Part shown: piece after piece, positions 39,261-48,994 of the stretch | Layout: each line of letters opens with the position of its first letter | How positions within the stretch are numbered: position 1 is the first letter of the stretch | Origin: Deferribacterales bacterium | GTDB lineage: Bacteria; Chrysiogenota; Deferribacteres; Deferribacterales; Geovibrionaceae | Reading direction: 5' to 3' | Assembly: GCA_050253075.1 (NCBI GenBank) | Contig: JBFWJS010000001.1 | Coordinates: 1 to 64,000 of the forward strand | Length of the DNA stretch: 64,000 bases | Program-made: the position numbers and the translations under genes | Notes under the pieces: model-generated | Database searches by the model: none | What the model saw: only the letters and a program-made list of their open reading frames with translations | What the model was told of the DNA's origin: nothing

Positions 39261-39554
39261 ATGCTGCAGATAACAGATGCTGCCCGTGACCAGATAAAAA
39301 TAGTCATGGCAGACCACCAAGGCAAATGTCTCCGCATCGTTTCAGAAGGTTTCGGTTGAGGCGGTCCTCAGCTGAGGATGGCTCTGGATGAGCCTAACGA
39401 CCTTATCAAGACTTACACAGTCAACGAGATTGAAATGATGATCGGCGACGACGTCCTTCCATTTACCGAAGGAACCACTCTGGACTTTATCAACGATGCC
39501 AGAGGACAGGGATTTATACTCGGACCAACAGACGGCGGGGACCGCTGCTGCTGA
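39261..39554 (+). CDS. HesB/IscA-like protein with an in-frame UGA (probable selenoprotein)
   Basis: SD AGGAG, ATG 39261. Translation: MLQITDAARDQIKIVMADHQGKCLRIVSEGFG-UGA(39357-39359)-GGPQLRMALDEPNDLIKTYTVNEIEMMIGDDVLPFTEGTTLDFINDARGQGFILGPTDGGDRCC. The UGA sits at the conserved Cys of the G-C-G-G-P motif, with a hairpin directly 3' of it. Confidence 0.88.
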
Positions 39555-39570
39555 TCTTAAATGAAAACAT

Positions 39571-39598
39571 GCCCCGGTCATTTGGTCGGGGCTTTTTT
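39571..39598 (+). terminator. Intrinsic terminator
   Basis: GCCCCGGTC-ATTT-GGTCGGGGC followed by T6. Confidence 0.8.
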
Positions 39599-39676
39599 AT
39601 TACGTTTCGATAAATCAACAAATATTAGTTAGCGTTCACACCATGCTCTCTGCTATACTAACAGCAGAGGTTTATT

Positions 39677-40969
39677 ATGGCACATCTAACAGCAAAGCGG
39701 GGCTACAGCGAGCTGGCGGAAAGGCTGAACAGATTTCCACTGGGCGCACCTGCATCAGACACACTTTTCAAGATTTTATCAGTATTAATGACAGAGAAAG
39801 AGGCCGCTCTCATAGCACAGCTTCCTATTAAACCATTCACGGCAAAGCTGGCTGCGGAGATATGGAAGATGACAGAGACGGAAGCGATGAAACAGCTCGA
39901 CGCTCTCTGCGACAAAGTTCTGCTCATCGACATTATCGAAAACGGACAGACCACATATGTCCTCCCCCCTCCGATGGCAGGCTTCTTCGAATTTTCTATG
40001 ATGCGCACAAGGGGCGACATAGACCAGAAGCTGCTTTCAGACCTTTTTTATCAGTATATGAATGTCGAAGAGGACTTTATAAAGAACCTGTTCGTAAACG
40101 GAGAGACACAGCTGGGGCGTACATTTGTAAACGAACAGATGCTGAGCGAGGACAACAACCTCTATGTGTTCGACTACGAGCGTGCGACGGAGGTTATCAA
40201 AACTGCCAGCCACATAGGCGTGAGCATGTGCTACTGCCGTCATAAGATGCAGCATAAAGGTCAGGCGTGCGATGCGCCGATGGATATCTGTATGACATTC
40301 AACACCGTCGGCAGCTCTCTCATCAGGCACGGATACGCCAGACAGATAGACGTGTCCGAATGTATGGATCTGCTCGGTCAGGCATATGAGCATAACCTCG
40401 TGCAGTTCGGCGAAAACTCCAAGAGCGAGGTCAGCTTCATCTGCAACTGCTGCGGATGCTGCTGTGAGGCACTCATTGCCGCCCGTAAATTCGGCATAAT
40501 GAACCCTGTGCACACATCAAACTTCATCCCTGAAATAGATACGGATAAATGTACGGGGTGCGGGAAATGCGCAGAGCTCTGCCCTGTGGAATCTATGATG
40601 ATGGTGTCCGCACACGACCCTCATAAGCCTAAGCGCAAAATGGCGAAACTGGACGAGGAGACATGCCTCGGATGCGCAGTGTGCCTGCGTGGGTGCAAGG
40701 TCGATGCGTTGAAGCTGAAAAGCAGGGAAAAGCGAGTGATAACACCTGAATCAGGCGTGCATAAGGTCGTGATGATGGCTGTGGAAAGGGGCGGACTGGA
40801 GCACCTGATATTCGACAACAGGGCTATGTTTTCCCACAGGGCTATGGCAGCCATTCTGGGCGCTATACTTAAACTGCCCCCGGTGAAAAAGATGATGGCA
40901 TCAGACCAGATGAAGTCCAGATATCTGTATAACCTGATAGAAAAGCAGGAAGCTAAAAAGGCGAAATAA
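39677..40969 (+). CDS. 4Fe-4S dicluster domain-containing protein
   Basis: CYCRH, ICNCCGCCC, CTGCGKCAELCP, CLGCAVCLRGC. Confidence 0.88.
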   Translation: MAHLTAKRGYSELAERLNRFPLGAPASDTLFKILSVLMTEKEAALIAQLPIKPFTAKLAAEIWKMTETEAMKQLDALCDKVLLIDIIENGQTTYVLPPPMAGFFEFSMMRTRGDIDQKLLSDLFYQYMNVEEDFIKNLFVNGETQLGRTFVNEQMLSEDNNLYVFDYERATEVIKTASHIGVSMCYCRHKMQHKGQACDAPMDICMTFNTVGSSLIRHGYARQIDVSECMDLLGQAYEHNLVQFGENSKSEVSFICNCCGCCCEALIAARKFGIMNPVHTSNFIPEIDTDKCTGCGKCAELCPVESMMMVSAHDPHKPKRKMAKLDEETCLGCAVCLRGCKVDALKLKSREKRVITPESGVHKVVMMAVERGGLEHLIFDNRAMFSHRAMAAILGAILKLPPVKKMMASDQMKSRYLYNLIEKQEAKKAK

Positions 40970-41017
40970 TAAAAATGAAAGGCGGCGGTAACAACTCCGC
41001 CGCCGTATATTGAGATT

Positions 41018-42442
41018 TTATGCTGCCATAGCTTCGGCCGATTCCTCACGCTTTCTGAAAGCGACAAAGAATGCGACAAATGAAGCAGCAGCCACGAATA
41101 GTCCTATGTATGTGGATATCCTGAGATCCATACCGAATCCAATCTTAGCATAAGCGAGATATGTGAATGTCACCGCTGTCATGAATGTGGCAGGAATAGT
41201 GCATATCCAGTGGAACTTGTTCCTCTTTATGAGATACGCAGCGGCAGCCCAGAGCACTATCATAGCGAGCGTCTGGTTTGCCCAGCCGAAGTAACGCCAG
41301 ATAATATTAAAATCGGACTTTGATATAAGGTATCCCACTGCAAAAAGGGGTACGGCAACAGCAAGCCTTTTCAGGTTCGGCTTCTGGTCGAAGTTCAGCA
41401 TGTCTGCGATGATGAGCCTCGCACTGCGGAAAGCCGTGTCGCCCGAGCTGATCGGCAGGATGATAACACCTACGACAGCGAGTAAACCGCCGAAATGGCC
41501 GAGCAGTGTTGTGGATATCTCATTAACTACATAAGCAGGGCCGCCCTGTGCAAGGGATGCATTAAGTCCGGCGACGCCGTCATTATAAAAGCTGAGTCCG
41601 AGAGTAGCCCAGACGAGAGCTATCACGCCCTCTCCTATCATGGCTCCGTAAAAGACCTTTCTGCCCATTTTCTCATTAGGCAGACATCTCGCCATCAGAG
41701 GAGACTGTGTGGCGTGGAAGCCGCTTATCGCTCCGCAGGCGATGGTGATAAACATCAGAGGCCAGAGCGGGAGCTCTTTCGGGTTTATGTTTGCCAGTGT
41801 CTTTTCAGGATAGAAGTGATATCCCTTTACCATGAGTGCAACAGTCAGCCCCACAGCCATGAAGATAAGTACTGCGCCGAAGAGTGGATAAACCCTTCCG
41901 ATGATCTTATCGATAGGCAGGATGGTGGCTATGAAATAGTAAGCGAATATTATGGCAACAAGTGTCATAACAGGCAGGCTGGTCATGTTCGCCAGCAGTT
42001 TCGCAGGGCCGAGGACAAACACGACACCGACGAGAAGCAGAAGCACGACTGAGAAAACTCTCATGAACTGTTTGAAAAAATAACCTAAATTAAAACCAAC
42101 GACATCAGGGATGCTTTTACCCTCGTATCTGACAGATAACATGCCGGAGAAATAATCGTGCACGGCACCGCCGAATATAGAACCGACAACGATCCATATA
42201 AGGGCACTGGGGCCGTAAAGCGCACCGAGGATAGGGCCGAATATAGGGCCGAGACCTGCAATGTTCAGAAGCTGTACAAGGAAGATCTTCCATGGCTTCA
42301 TCTCAACAAAGTCTACACCGTCATTGTGTGTGTGGGCAGGCGTAAGCCTTTGTTCATCCGGTTCGAAGATACTGTCGACTATTTTACCATAGACGAAATA
42401 GCCTGCTAAAAGCAGGGCTACGGAAATAAAAAATATGTACAT
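41018..42442 (-). CDS. cstA: Carbon starvation protein A family transporter
   Basis: NIAGLGPIFGP, GAVHDYFSG, IACGAISGFHATQSP, SGDTAFRSARL, WRYFGWANQ. Likely start is ATG 42442. Confidence 0.93.
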   Translation of the reverse strand: MYIFFISVALLLAGYFVYGKIVDSIFEPDEQRLTPAHTHNDGVDFVEMKPWKIFLVQLLNIAGLGPIFGPILGALYGPSALIWIVVGSIFGGAVHDYFSGMLSVRYEGKSIPDVVGFNLGYFFKQFMRVFSVVLLLLVGVVFVLGPAKLLANMTSLPVMTLVAIIFAYYFIATILPIDKIIGRVYPLFGAVLIFMAVGLTVALMVKGYHFYPEKTLANINPKELPLWPLMFITIACGAISGFHATQSPLMARCLPNEKMGRKVFYGAMIGEGVIALVWATLGLSFYNDGVAGLNASLAQGGPAYVVNEISTTLLGHFGGLLAVVGVIILPISSGDTAFRSARLIIADMLNFDQKPNLKRLAVAVPLFAVGYLISKSDFNIIWRYFGWANQTLAMIVLWAAAAYLIKRNKFHWICTIPATFMTAVTFTYLAYAKIGFGMDLRISTYIGLFVAAASFVAFFVAFRKREESAEAMAA

Positions 42443-42761
42443 ATTACCTTTCCTCCATGGTCGATAATATACCAGAAAAAGAGAAATGTTTAGCATATAT
42501 TTAACATATAGATAAAATATGTTTACTTTGCATTAATTTTGAACACAGGCGCCATTGATAAAAACCTATGCTCAGATGCACCATAAATACATACCGTTAT
42601 AGACAATAACTCATATGGGTAGTTACTTATGATGATTTCTCCACAATATGCACAAAAATAAGAAATATATAAGAAAAAGGTGCTAGGATGATTTATTACA
42701 GATAGTGGTGTTGTAAATAGATCTGTACTGAAGGGTCTGTTCCGCAAGGGGCAGACTCTTT

Positions 42762-45700
42762 TTATATACCGTCTTTCTTCAGCTCGAATATCGCCTTTGA
42801 TATCTCATATTCGTCAAATTCGTTCTCTGCCAGATATTCTGCATATTTATCCAGCAGTTTCAGCACAAGCATGCTGTCGCCGTTCTTTTTATAATGGGAA
42901 ACGACACTTCGGAATGTCTCCTGATCTTTCATTATCACTTTCAGCCTGCATGCGACGGTTCTGTCCAGCCCCGAAAGCCCGCTGAGGCGCACCTCATGAA
43001 ACAGCATGTAGGATACCATAGTGAAAAACGAACTCTCCACGGCCGAGGCATACTCCGACACATCCACAGCCCCGCTGTATCCGTCCATAAATGCACCCTT
43101 ATACAGAGCCTCTGCCCTGCGCAGCATCATGAAGGATTCGATATATTTACCGTTTATGTAATTCCTGCGGGTCCTATATACCAGATTAATAAACTCCGCC
43201 GAATCCACTATCACATTTTTCAGAGATATCTGACCGTTCTTAACAGTAATGTACTGCTTTGCTTCCAGCCCCAGTTCAGCTTTTATTATACTGCGTATCC
43301 TGCTGACGGAGGCGTCCAGACAATTACGAGCCTTAGCGTATGAAACATCGCTCCACAGCGTACCCATAACACACTGCACCGGCGCTGTCATGTCCGTACT
43401 GCATACCAGCATTGCAATCAATGAATGGAGCATACCGCCCAGACTTTCCGAGGAGACCTTTTTCTCCCCGCAGGAAAGCTCCAGCCTGTTCATGGTGTTA
43501 ATGTTTATGCAGGGAATCTCTGCATCGGCAGAAAGATTAAGCCCGAAGCGCTCCCTTGCTATCTCTGATGCATATTCCGCCGTAGACTGGTTCTTCACGG
43601 CATATCGCAGTCCCGGCATATATATGTCATCTACCATACCCCAGAAATACTTTATCTGTTCACTGCGAAAATGCTCTATACCCTTTACGGCATATTCTGC
43701 GGCCTCTTTAAACCTGCCTGTGTGATGGCAGATATATGCACGGATAAAGCATGCCTTCCCTTCGAAAGCAGGAGATGTGAAATCCATCCGCATAGCATCT
43801 GCATATTTCTCTGCAAGTGCGTATTCACCCACCAGAGCACATGTCTCTGCTGCAAAGGAATTACTCAATATATAGAAAAACTTATGAGCCCCGCTATTTT
43901 GTCTCTTTTCCAGAGATATTTCCAGAGCCTTCATCGCTTTTTCGGTTTCACCGTTTACGGCATACACAAGGGCCTTAGTATGCATAAGCTGGCTGTCGGG
44001 ATGATCAGGCGCTGAGTTCTCTTTATAAAAACCGTCGATGATCTCCATTGCCTTTTCAGCATTGCCTGCTGAAAGTATATTATCCGCCAGCCAAGTGGTG
44101 ATAAATACTTTCAGTATAGGGCTTGGAGTCTCGTCAATGATCTCACAGCAGACATCATAAAGATACTGCAGTTCACCTTTCAGCCCATAGTGGTTTATTA
44201 TATGCCCCAGACAGAATACATCCGTCATAAGGTTGCTCACGGCACTGCCGTGTATCTCGTAGAGCTCGTTGCTCCCCTCTGAAAGTGTCGCCGAGTCAGA
44301 CATAAACTGTGCCCACATCGCCTTCAGCGTGATGGTGCTGAACTCCGTACTGAAGCTCTTCTGCTTCTTATTCAGTTCCTCCACACGATCCAGATAAGGC
44401 AGAGGGTCGGCATCGCCATAGGTGAAGATAGCCCCCACAGCCAGAGCCGTATTTATGATCAGCTCAAATTCAGGGTGAATGTCTGCATGTTCGTCATACA
44501 GCTCCAAAAGACGCTTATGATATGAGGCAGCCAGCTCGAAATCTCCGCCGATATATGCCAGATATTTCACAAGGCAGGAGACTGCCAGTCCCTCGCACAG
44601 CTTGTCGCCTGTCTTTTCTGCCTGCACAGCCGAGGCGGTCAGATAATCGAATGCCGCTATATTGCCGTCCTGCTCTGCCTGCATCCCCATGAAGAGATAC
44701 GTCACGGGCATTGGTTCCTTTGCACCGACCACAGCCTTTGTAACTGTCTCATATATATATTTAACACTGCTGAGTTCTCTGATATCCGCCAGACCGCTCT
44801 TCATCGCTGATTCTATTCCGCACAGATCGCCCGCATCGGCCAGATATTTCACAGCTTTGGAGTATTCGCCCCTTTGCAGTTCGAAATCCGCCGCCGACTT
44901 CAGAAACCTTGAAATATCACCAGAAGAGAAATTCTTTCTGACATTTGCAGAGAGATATTCAGCAAAGAGGTGGTGATACGTATATCTCCCTTCGCCCGCT
45001 TCATAAACGAAAAAGTTATGGTCGTGCATCTCTTTCAGCCTTTGCAGGGCTGTCTTTCCGTCGGGGAGAGCGAGCACCATATCTGTGTGGAAGTCCTCCA
45101 GCAGTGCCAGCAGACGTACGGTTCCCTTTCTGTCCGAGGCTTTGCTGTCGGCATCCAGCACGTTGAAATATTTCGACATCACATTCTCCATACTGCGTAT
45201 GTGGCTGATGTTAGTAATATTATGCTTTGTCATATAGTCGAATATAAGCCTGACGCCCATCACCCATCCGTCTGTTATCTCCAGTATTTTTTCAATACTG
45301 CCGAAATCGCAGAGCCAAGTAAGGCATGCGTTGCACAGCATCATGAACTCCGCCTTGTCCAGACGAAGATAAGAGCCGTCCACAGCGTAATACCGCTTCG
45401 AAGTTTTCAGAGAAATGTTCCTGCGGGAGCATATAATAGGGGTGATATTGAATGTGAGCCTGCCGAGAAAAGTGCAGAGGCAATGGAGCCCAAGCCCGTC
45501 TGAAGGGAGTATGTGCAGGTCATCGATGATAATGCAGTAGCGACCTTCCAGCTTTGCCAGAGCCTCGGCTATCATACCTGCGTATCTGCCGTATTCGAAG
45601 ATTATCATGGTCTTCTGCTTTATCAGCTCGTCCAGCTCGGGGGATGAATATCCGGGCAGTTTCTCCTTTAGCAGGGTGTGCAGACCTATGCATAGATGGA

Positions 45701-45908
45701 GCGGTTCCCTGTCTTTCTCCGTCAGCTGATATCTGATGTAAACATTTGTCAGCTCAGTGAGAATAAAGGATGCAAAGATGCTCTTCCCCTGCCCGGCCTG
45801 TGCGGATATGGTTATACCGTCAAAGTCCGCAGCTTCGGAAAGGACATTCTCAACCTTGTGTTTTCTCGATATCAGAGTATCGCCTGCAAAGGGCTCATTT
45901 CTATACAT
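42762..45908 (-). CDS. Large MalT-like (STAND ATPase/TPR) transcriptional regulator with a C-terminal wHTH/BTAD-like region
   Basis: Walker A AQAGQGKS, Walker B IIIDDLH, TDGW, YTYHHLFAEYL, TPR-like helices; LW...KARNCL...SRIR and LYKGAFM at the C-terminus. Confidence 0.75.
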   Translation of the reverse strand: MYRNEPFAGDTLISRKHKVENVLSEAADFDGITISAQAGQGKSIFASFILTELTNVYIRYQLTEKDREPLHLCIGLHTLLKEKLPGYSSPELDELIKQKTMIIFEYGRYAGMIAEALAKLEGRYCIIIDDLHILPSDGLGLHCLCTFLGRLTFNITPIICSRRNISLKTSKRYYAVDGSYLRLDKAEFMMLCNACLTWLCDFGSIEKILEITDGWVMGVRLIFDYMTKHNITNISHIRSMENVMSKYFNVLDADSKASDRKGTVRLLALLEDFHTDMVLALPDGKTALQRLKEMHDHNFFVYEAGEGRYTYHHLFAEYLSANVRKNFSSGDISRFLKSAADFELQRGEYSKAVKYLADAGDLCGIESAMKSGLADIRELSSVKYIYETVTKAVVGAKEPMPVTYLFMGMQAEQDGNIAAFDYLTASAVQAEKTGDKLCEGLAVSCLVKYLAYIGGDFELAASYHKRLLELYDEHADIHPEFELIINTALAVGAIFTYGDADPLPYLDRVEELNKKQKSFSTEFSTITLKAMWAQFMSDSATLSEGSNELYEIHGSAVSNLMTDVFCLGHIINHYGLKGELQYLYDVCCEIIDETPSPILKVFITTWLADNILSAGNAEKAMEIIDGFYKENSAPDHPDSQLMHTKALVYAVNGETEKAMKALEISLEKRQNSGAHKFFYILSNSFAAETCALVGEYALAEKYADAMRMDFTSPAFEGKACFIRAYICHHTGRFKEAAEYAVKGIEHFRSEQIKYFWGMVDDIYMPGLRYAVKNQSTAEYASEIARERFGLNLSADAEIPCININTMNRLELSCGEKKVSSESLGGMLHSLIAMLVCSTDMTAPVQCVMGTLWSDVSYAKARNCLDASVSRIRSIIKAELGLEAKQYITVKNGQISLKNVIVDSAEFINLVYRTRRNYINGKYIESFMMLRRAEALYKGAFMDGYSGAVDVSEYASAVESSFFTMVSYMLFHEVRLSGLSGLDRTVACRLKVIMKDQETFRSVVSHYKKNGDSMLVLKLLDKYAEYLAENEFDEYEISKAIFELKKDGI

Positions 45909-46047
45909 ATTAAATTTTATATTATTTCGATAAAATCGAAAAGGTAATCTCCACCTTAATTATAGATTTATATATAATTTGTATTACATAAGAAAATATC
46001 AGTGCTATATTTAGATAATCCATAAACAATACGGAAACAGCATACAT

Positions 46048-47742
46048 ATGAAGCCAATTATTAAACCAGTTTATGTCTTTATACTTTTAATATGCATAGC
46101 AATGTCTGCATCTGCCGCCGATATACAGGACTTCAGCAAAGGCTGGGAATACCGTCTGGGCGATGATCCGTCATGGGCTTTGGAAAGCGGAGACCCTGCC
46201 CTGTGGTCTCAGATAGATTTCCCCAGCAACCCTGAAGACCGTGTGGACGAGACAAACGCATGGTTTCGTGCGGAGCTTCCTGAAAACAGATGGAGAGCCC
46301 CCGCATTGTACATATACAGCATAGACCTGATAGCTCAGGTGTATCTGGACGGAAAGATGATATACCAGTTCGGCGATATGAACCCCGAGGGGGCAGGGAC
46401 ATTCAGAGGATGGCCGTGGCATGTAATAAGCCTCCCCGACGACATGGGCGGAAAGTATCTGTACGTAAGAGTATATTCAAATTATCCCGACATCGGTCTC
46501 TGGGGACAGATAGAGATAGGCTCGAAGCACGACCTCATGAAGCACATCTTCCGACTGGGCAACCTGCTGAGGCTCATCATAGGCTCTATCGCCCTTTATA
46601 TGGGGCTTATATTCCTCATATCCTTCACCATGTGGAGAAAGAACATTCCAAACTTTTTCCTCGGCCTGCTGATAAGCACTCAGGGTTTGGATATGATGCT
46701 CTCTTCGCAGATAACACAGATATACTTCTTTTATCCGCTCACATCGCAATACCTTATGGCATTCTGCTATTTCTTCCTGCCTGTGGGTGTCGCCGCATAC
46801 ATAGAGTCCATCATAGGCAGCGGACACTTTAAGCTGGTGCGCAGGGTGTGGCAGATATTCCTTATTTATCTTATAGCTTCAATGCTTCTCCCTTTATCGG
46901 GAGCAATGAATCTTTCGTCTTTTTACATGCCGTTTGACAAACTTTACTACTTCTTTGGTCTGCCAGTGCTCTTGATATACACATTCAATGCCGCCAGAAG
47001 GAACAATATCGAAGCGAGGCTACTCTTTGCGGGTTATTTCATTATGGTGCTGTCATACATGCAGAGCACGCTGACTGCGATAGGCTGGCTCCCGTGGAGC
47101 GAATCATACACCCATCTGGGCATATTCATCTTCCTCGCTATGCTCTGCCTTATAACTCTCAAAAGGTATACACACAGTAAGTTGTTAGAGGATAAGAACA
47201 GAGAACTGGCAGAAACACAGCTCAAGCTGGAGCGGAAGAATTCTGAGCTGGACGTTCTCTCCAGAACAGACGCACTGACAAAGCTGCACAACAGGATGTA
47301 CCTCGACCTGCTGCTAGAGAATGCGATAGAGAAATCGAAAAGTTCCGACTCTTGGTTTTCTGTAGTGATGGTGGACTTCGACAGATTTAAGATAATCAAC
47401 GACACATACGGCCACCAGACAGGTGACATAATATTAAAGACTATATCAGGCGTACTGAAAGCAAGCATAAGAGAGGCAGACCACATAGGACGCTGGGGCG
47501 GGGAAGAGTTCCTCATCATACTGCCCGACACAGACTATCACCACGCACAGATAGTGGCGGAAAAGCTGAGAGACGCAGTTGCCTCATACTGCTTTGAAAA
47601 GATACCTTCGCAGACTGCCAGCTTCGGCGTTGCCACATATGCCAAAGGCGACAAGGCAAACACCCTGCTCGCCCGTGCGGACAAAGCACTCTATATGGCA
47701 AAATCCAACGGCAGGAACAATGTGAAAGCAGTGCCTGCTTAG
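46048..47742 (+). CDS. Membrane diguanylate cyclase with an extracellular beta-sandwich and a 7TM-like region
   Basis: DALTKLHNR, DFDRFKIINDTYGH, RWGGEEF, ADKALY. Confidence 0.9.
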   Translation: MKPIIKPVYVFILLICIAMSASAADIQDFSKGWEYRLGDDPSWALESGDPALWSQIDFPSNPEDRVDETNAWFRAELPENRWRAPALYIYSIDLIAQVYLDGKMIYQFGDMNPEGAGTFRGWPWHVISLPDDMGGKYLYVRVYSNYPDIGLWGQIEIGSKHDLMKHIFRLGNLLRLIIGSIALYMGLIFLISFTMWRKNIPNFFLGLLISTQGLDMMLSSQITQIYFFYPLTSQYLMAFCYFFLPVGVAAYIESIIGSGHFKLVRRVWQIFLIYLIASMLLPLSGAMNLSSFYMPFDKLYYFFGLPVLLIYTFNAARRNNIEARLLFAGYFIMVLSYMQSTLTAIGWLPWSESYTHLGIFIFLAMLCLITLKRYTHSKLLEDKNRELAETQLKLERKNSELDVLSRTDALTKLHNRMYLDLLLENAIEKSKSSDSWFSVVMVDFDRFKIINDTYGHQTGDIILKTISGVLKASIREADHIGRWGGEEFLIILPDTDYHHAQIVAEKLRDAVASYCFEKIPSQTASFGVATYAKGDKANTLLARADKALYMAKSNGRNNVKAVPA

Positions 47743-48701
47743 GCTGCTGCCCTCTTCCTTCGGGAAATGTATATCAATATCGAGCCCACTATGACCAGCC
47801 CGATGCTCGCCAAATGCGGTGCACGCAGACTGCCCACCATGAGATCCTCCGCACGGAAGAATGTCACGAACGAACGTATAACAGCATAGAATATAAAATA
47901 CATACCGCTGATGAAGCCCAGCCCTATCTGCTCGTCTTTCCTCCACAGCCACACAAGGAAAGCTCCGAAGAGGAAATTCAGTATGGATTCGTAAAAGAAT
48001 GTCGGGTGCAGGGGGATGCTGCCGAACTCTCTGTATGCTGGGGGCATGTATTTAGCATTGAAAGAGATACCCCACGGGACATAGTCCCTCAGTATGTATT
48101 CCTTCCCCGCATATGTGACAGCCAGCTCGCCCTTTGCTTTCAGCATGTTATAAAAGTTTGTCAGGCTGACGGGATCGTTATGTACGTTGAATTTATCAAG
48201 AACAGTATGCCAGAACTGTCCGAAATGAGCCTTTTTAAGATCGAATATGATGCTGAACGGAGTAAACACGGGCACACCGTGCACCTCTCCGTTTGCGAAA
48301 TTGCCGAAACGGCCGAGCCCCTGAGAAAGGAGCACGAACGGAAGCGTAAGGTCGCCTATGGCAAATGGGCTGATGCTCTTGTATCTGGTGTATATAAAGA
48401 CAGTGACAAGACCGCCTATCAAACCGCCGTGTATGGCGAGCCCGCCGTGCCATATGGCAAAGATCTCCATAGGATTACTGCTGAAATACCCGCTCCAGTT
48501 CAGTATGACATAATAGGCTCTCGCACCTATCAAACCGCCGAGGAACGTGAAGATGATGATGTTCTCCATCTGCTCCTTCGGTATGCCGAATTTCCTGCTC
48601 CGTCTGGAGACAAAGAATATTGTCATCACCAGCCCTAAGATATACATAAGGCTGTAAACCCTCAGCTCAAAAAAGCCTATCTTAAATAAAACAGGGAACA
48701 T
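47739..48701 (-). CDS. lgt: Prolipoprotein diacylglyceryl transferase
   Basis: GARAYYV, WHGGLAIHGG, GRFGNFANGE, HPTFFYE. Confidence 0.93.
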   Translation of the reverse strand: MFPVLFKIGFFELRVYSLMYILGLVMTIFFVSRRSRKFGIPKEQMENIIIFTFLGGLIGARAYYVILNWSGYFSSNPMEIFAIWHGGLAIHGGLIGGLVTVFIYTRYKSISPFAIGDLTLPFVLLSQGLGRFGNFANGEVHGVPVFTPFSIIFDLKKAHFGQFWHTVLDKFNVHNDPVSLTNFYNMLKAKGELAVTYAGKEYILRDYVPWGISFNAKYMPPAYREFGSIPLHPTFFYESILNFLFGAFLVWLWRKDEQIGLGFISGMYFIFYAVIRSFVTFFRAEDLMVGSLRAPHLASIGLVIVGSILIYISRRKRAAA

Positions 48702-48994
48702 AATTACTCCTGTGAATGGTTATATACATACTTATACTTTTTGCACTTATTAAACAATAACGAATCTGTTTCTTATAACCTTAAAATATTTATCATATAA
48801 AAGTAGTATCAGTTACTTGGAAACACAAGCCCCAAGAATATGCAAATCTGCATGCACATATCAGCGCATAATTTCACAAAATAAAAACGATAATTTTTAT
48901 CTTGATTTGACACGTTTTTAAATAGTCTGGTAAAATTAAAACAATCGTACAGCACCACTGTAAACAAATTTATATTTCATTCACCGGGTAAAAA

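Noticed and set aside
39342..39581. 79-aa minus-strand ORF in the track
   Set aside because: Antisense to the HesB-like gene, which has an SD, family motifs and a terminator.
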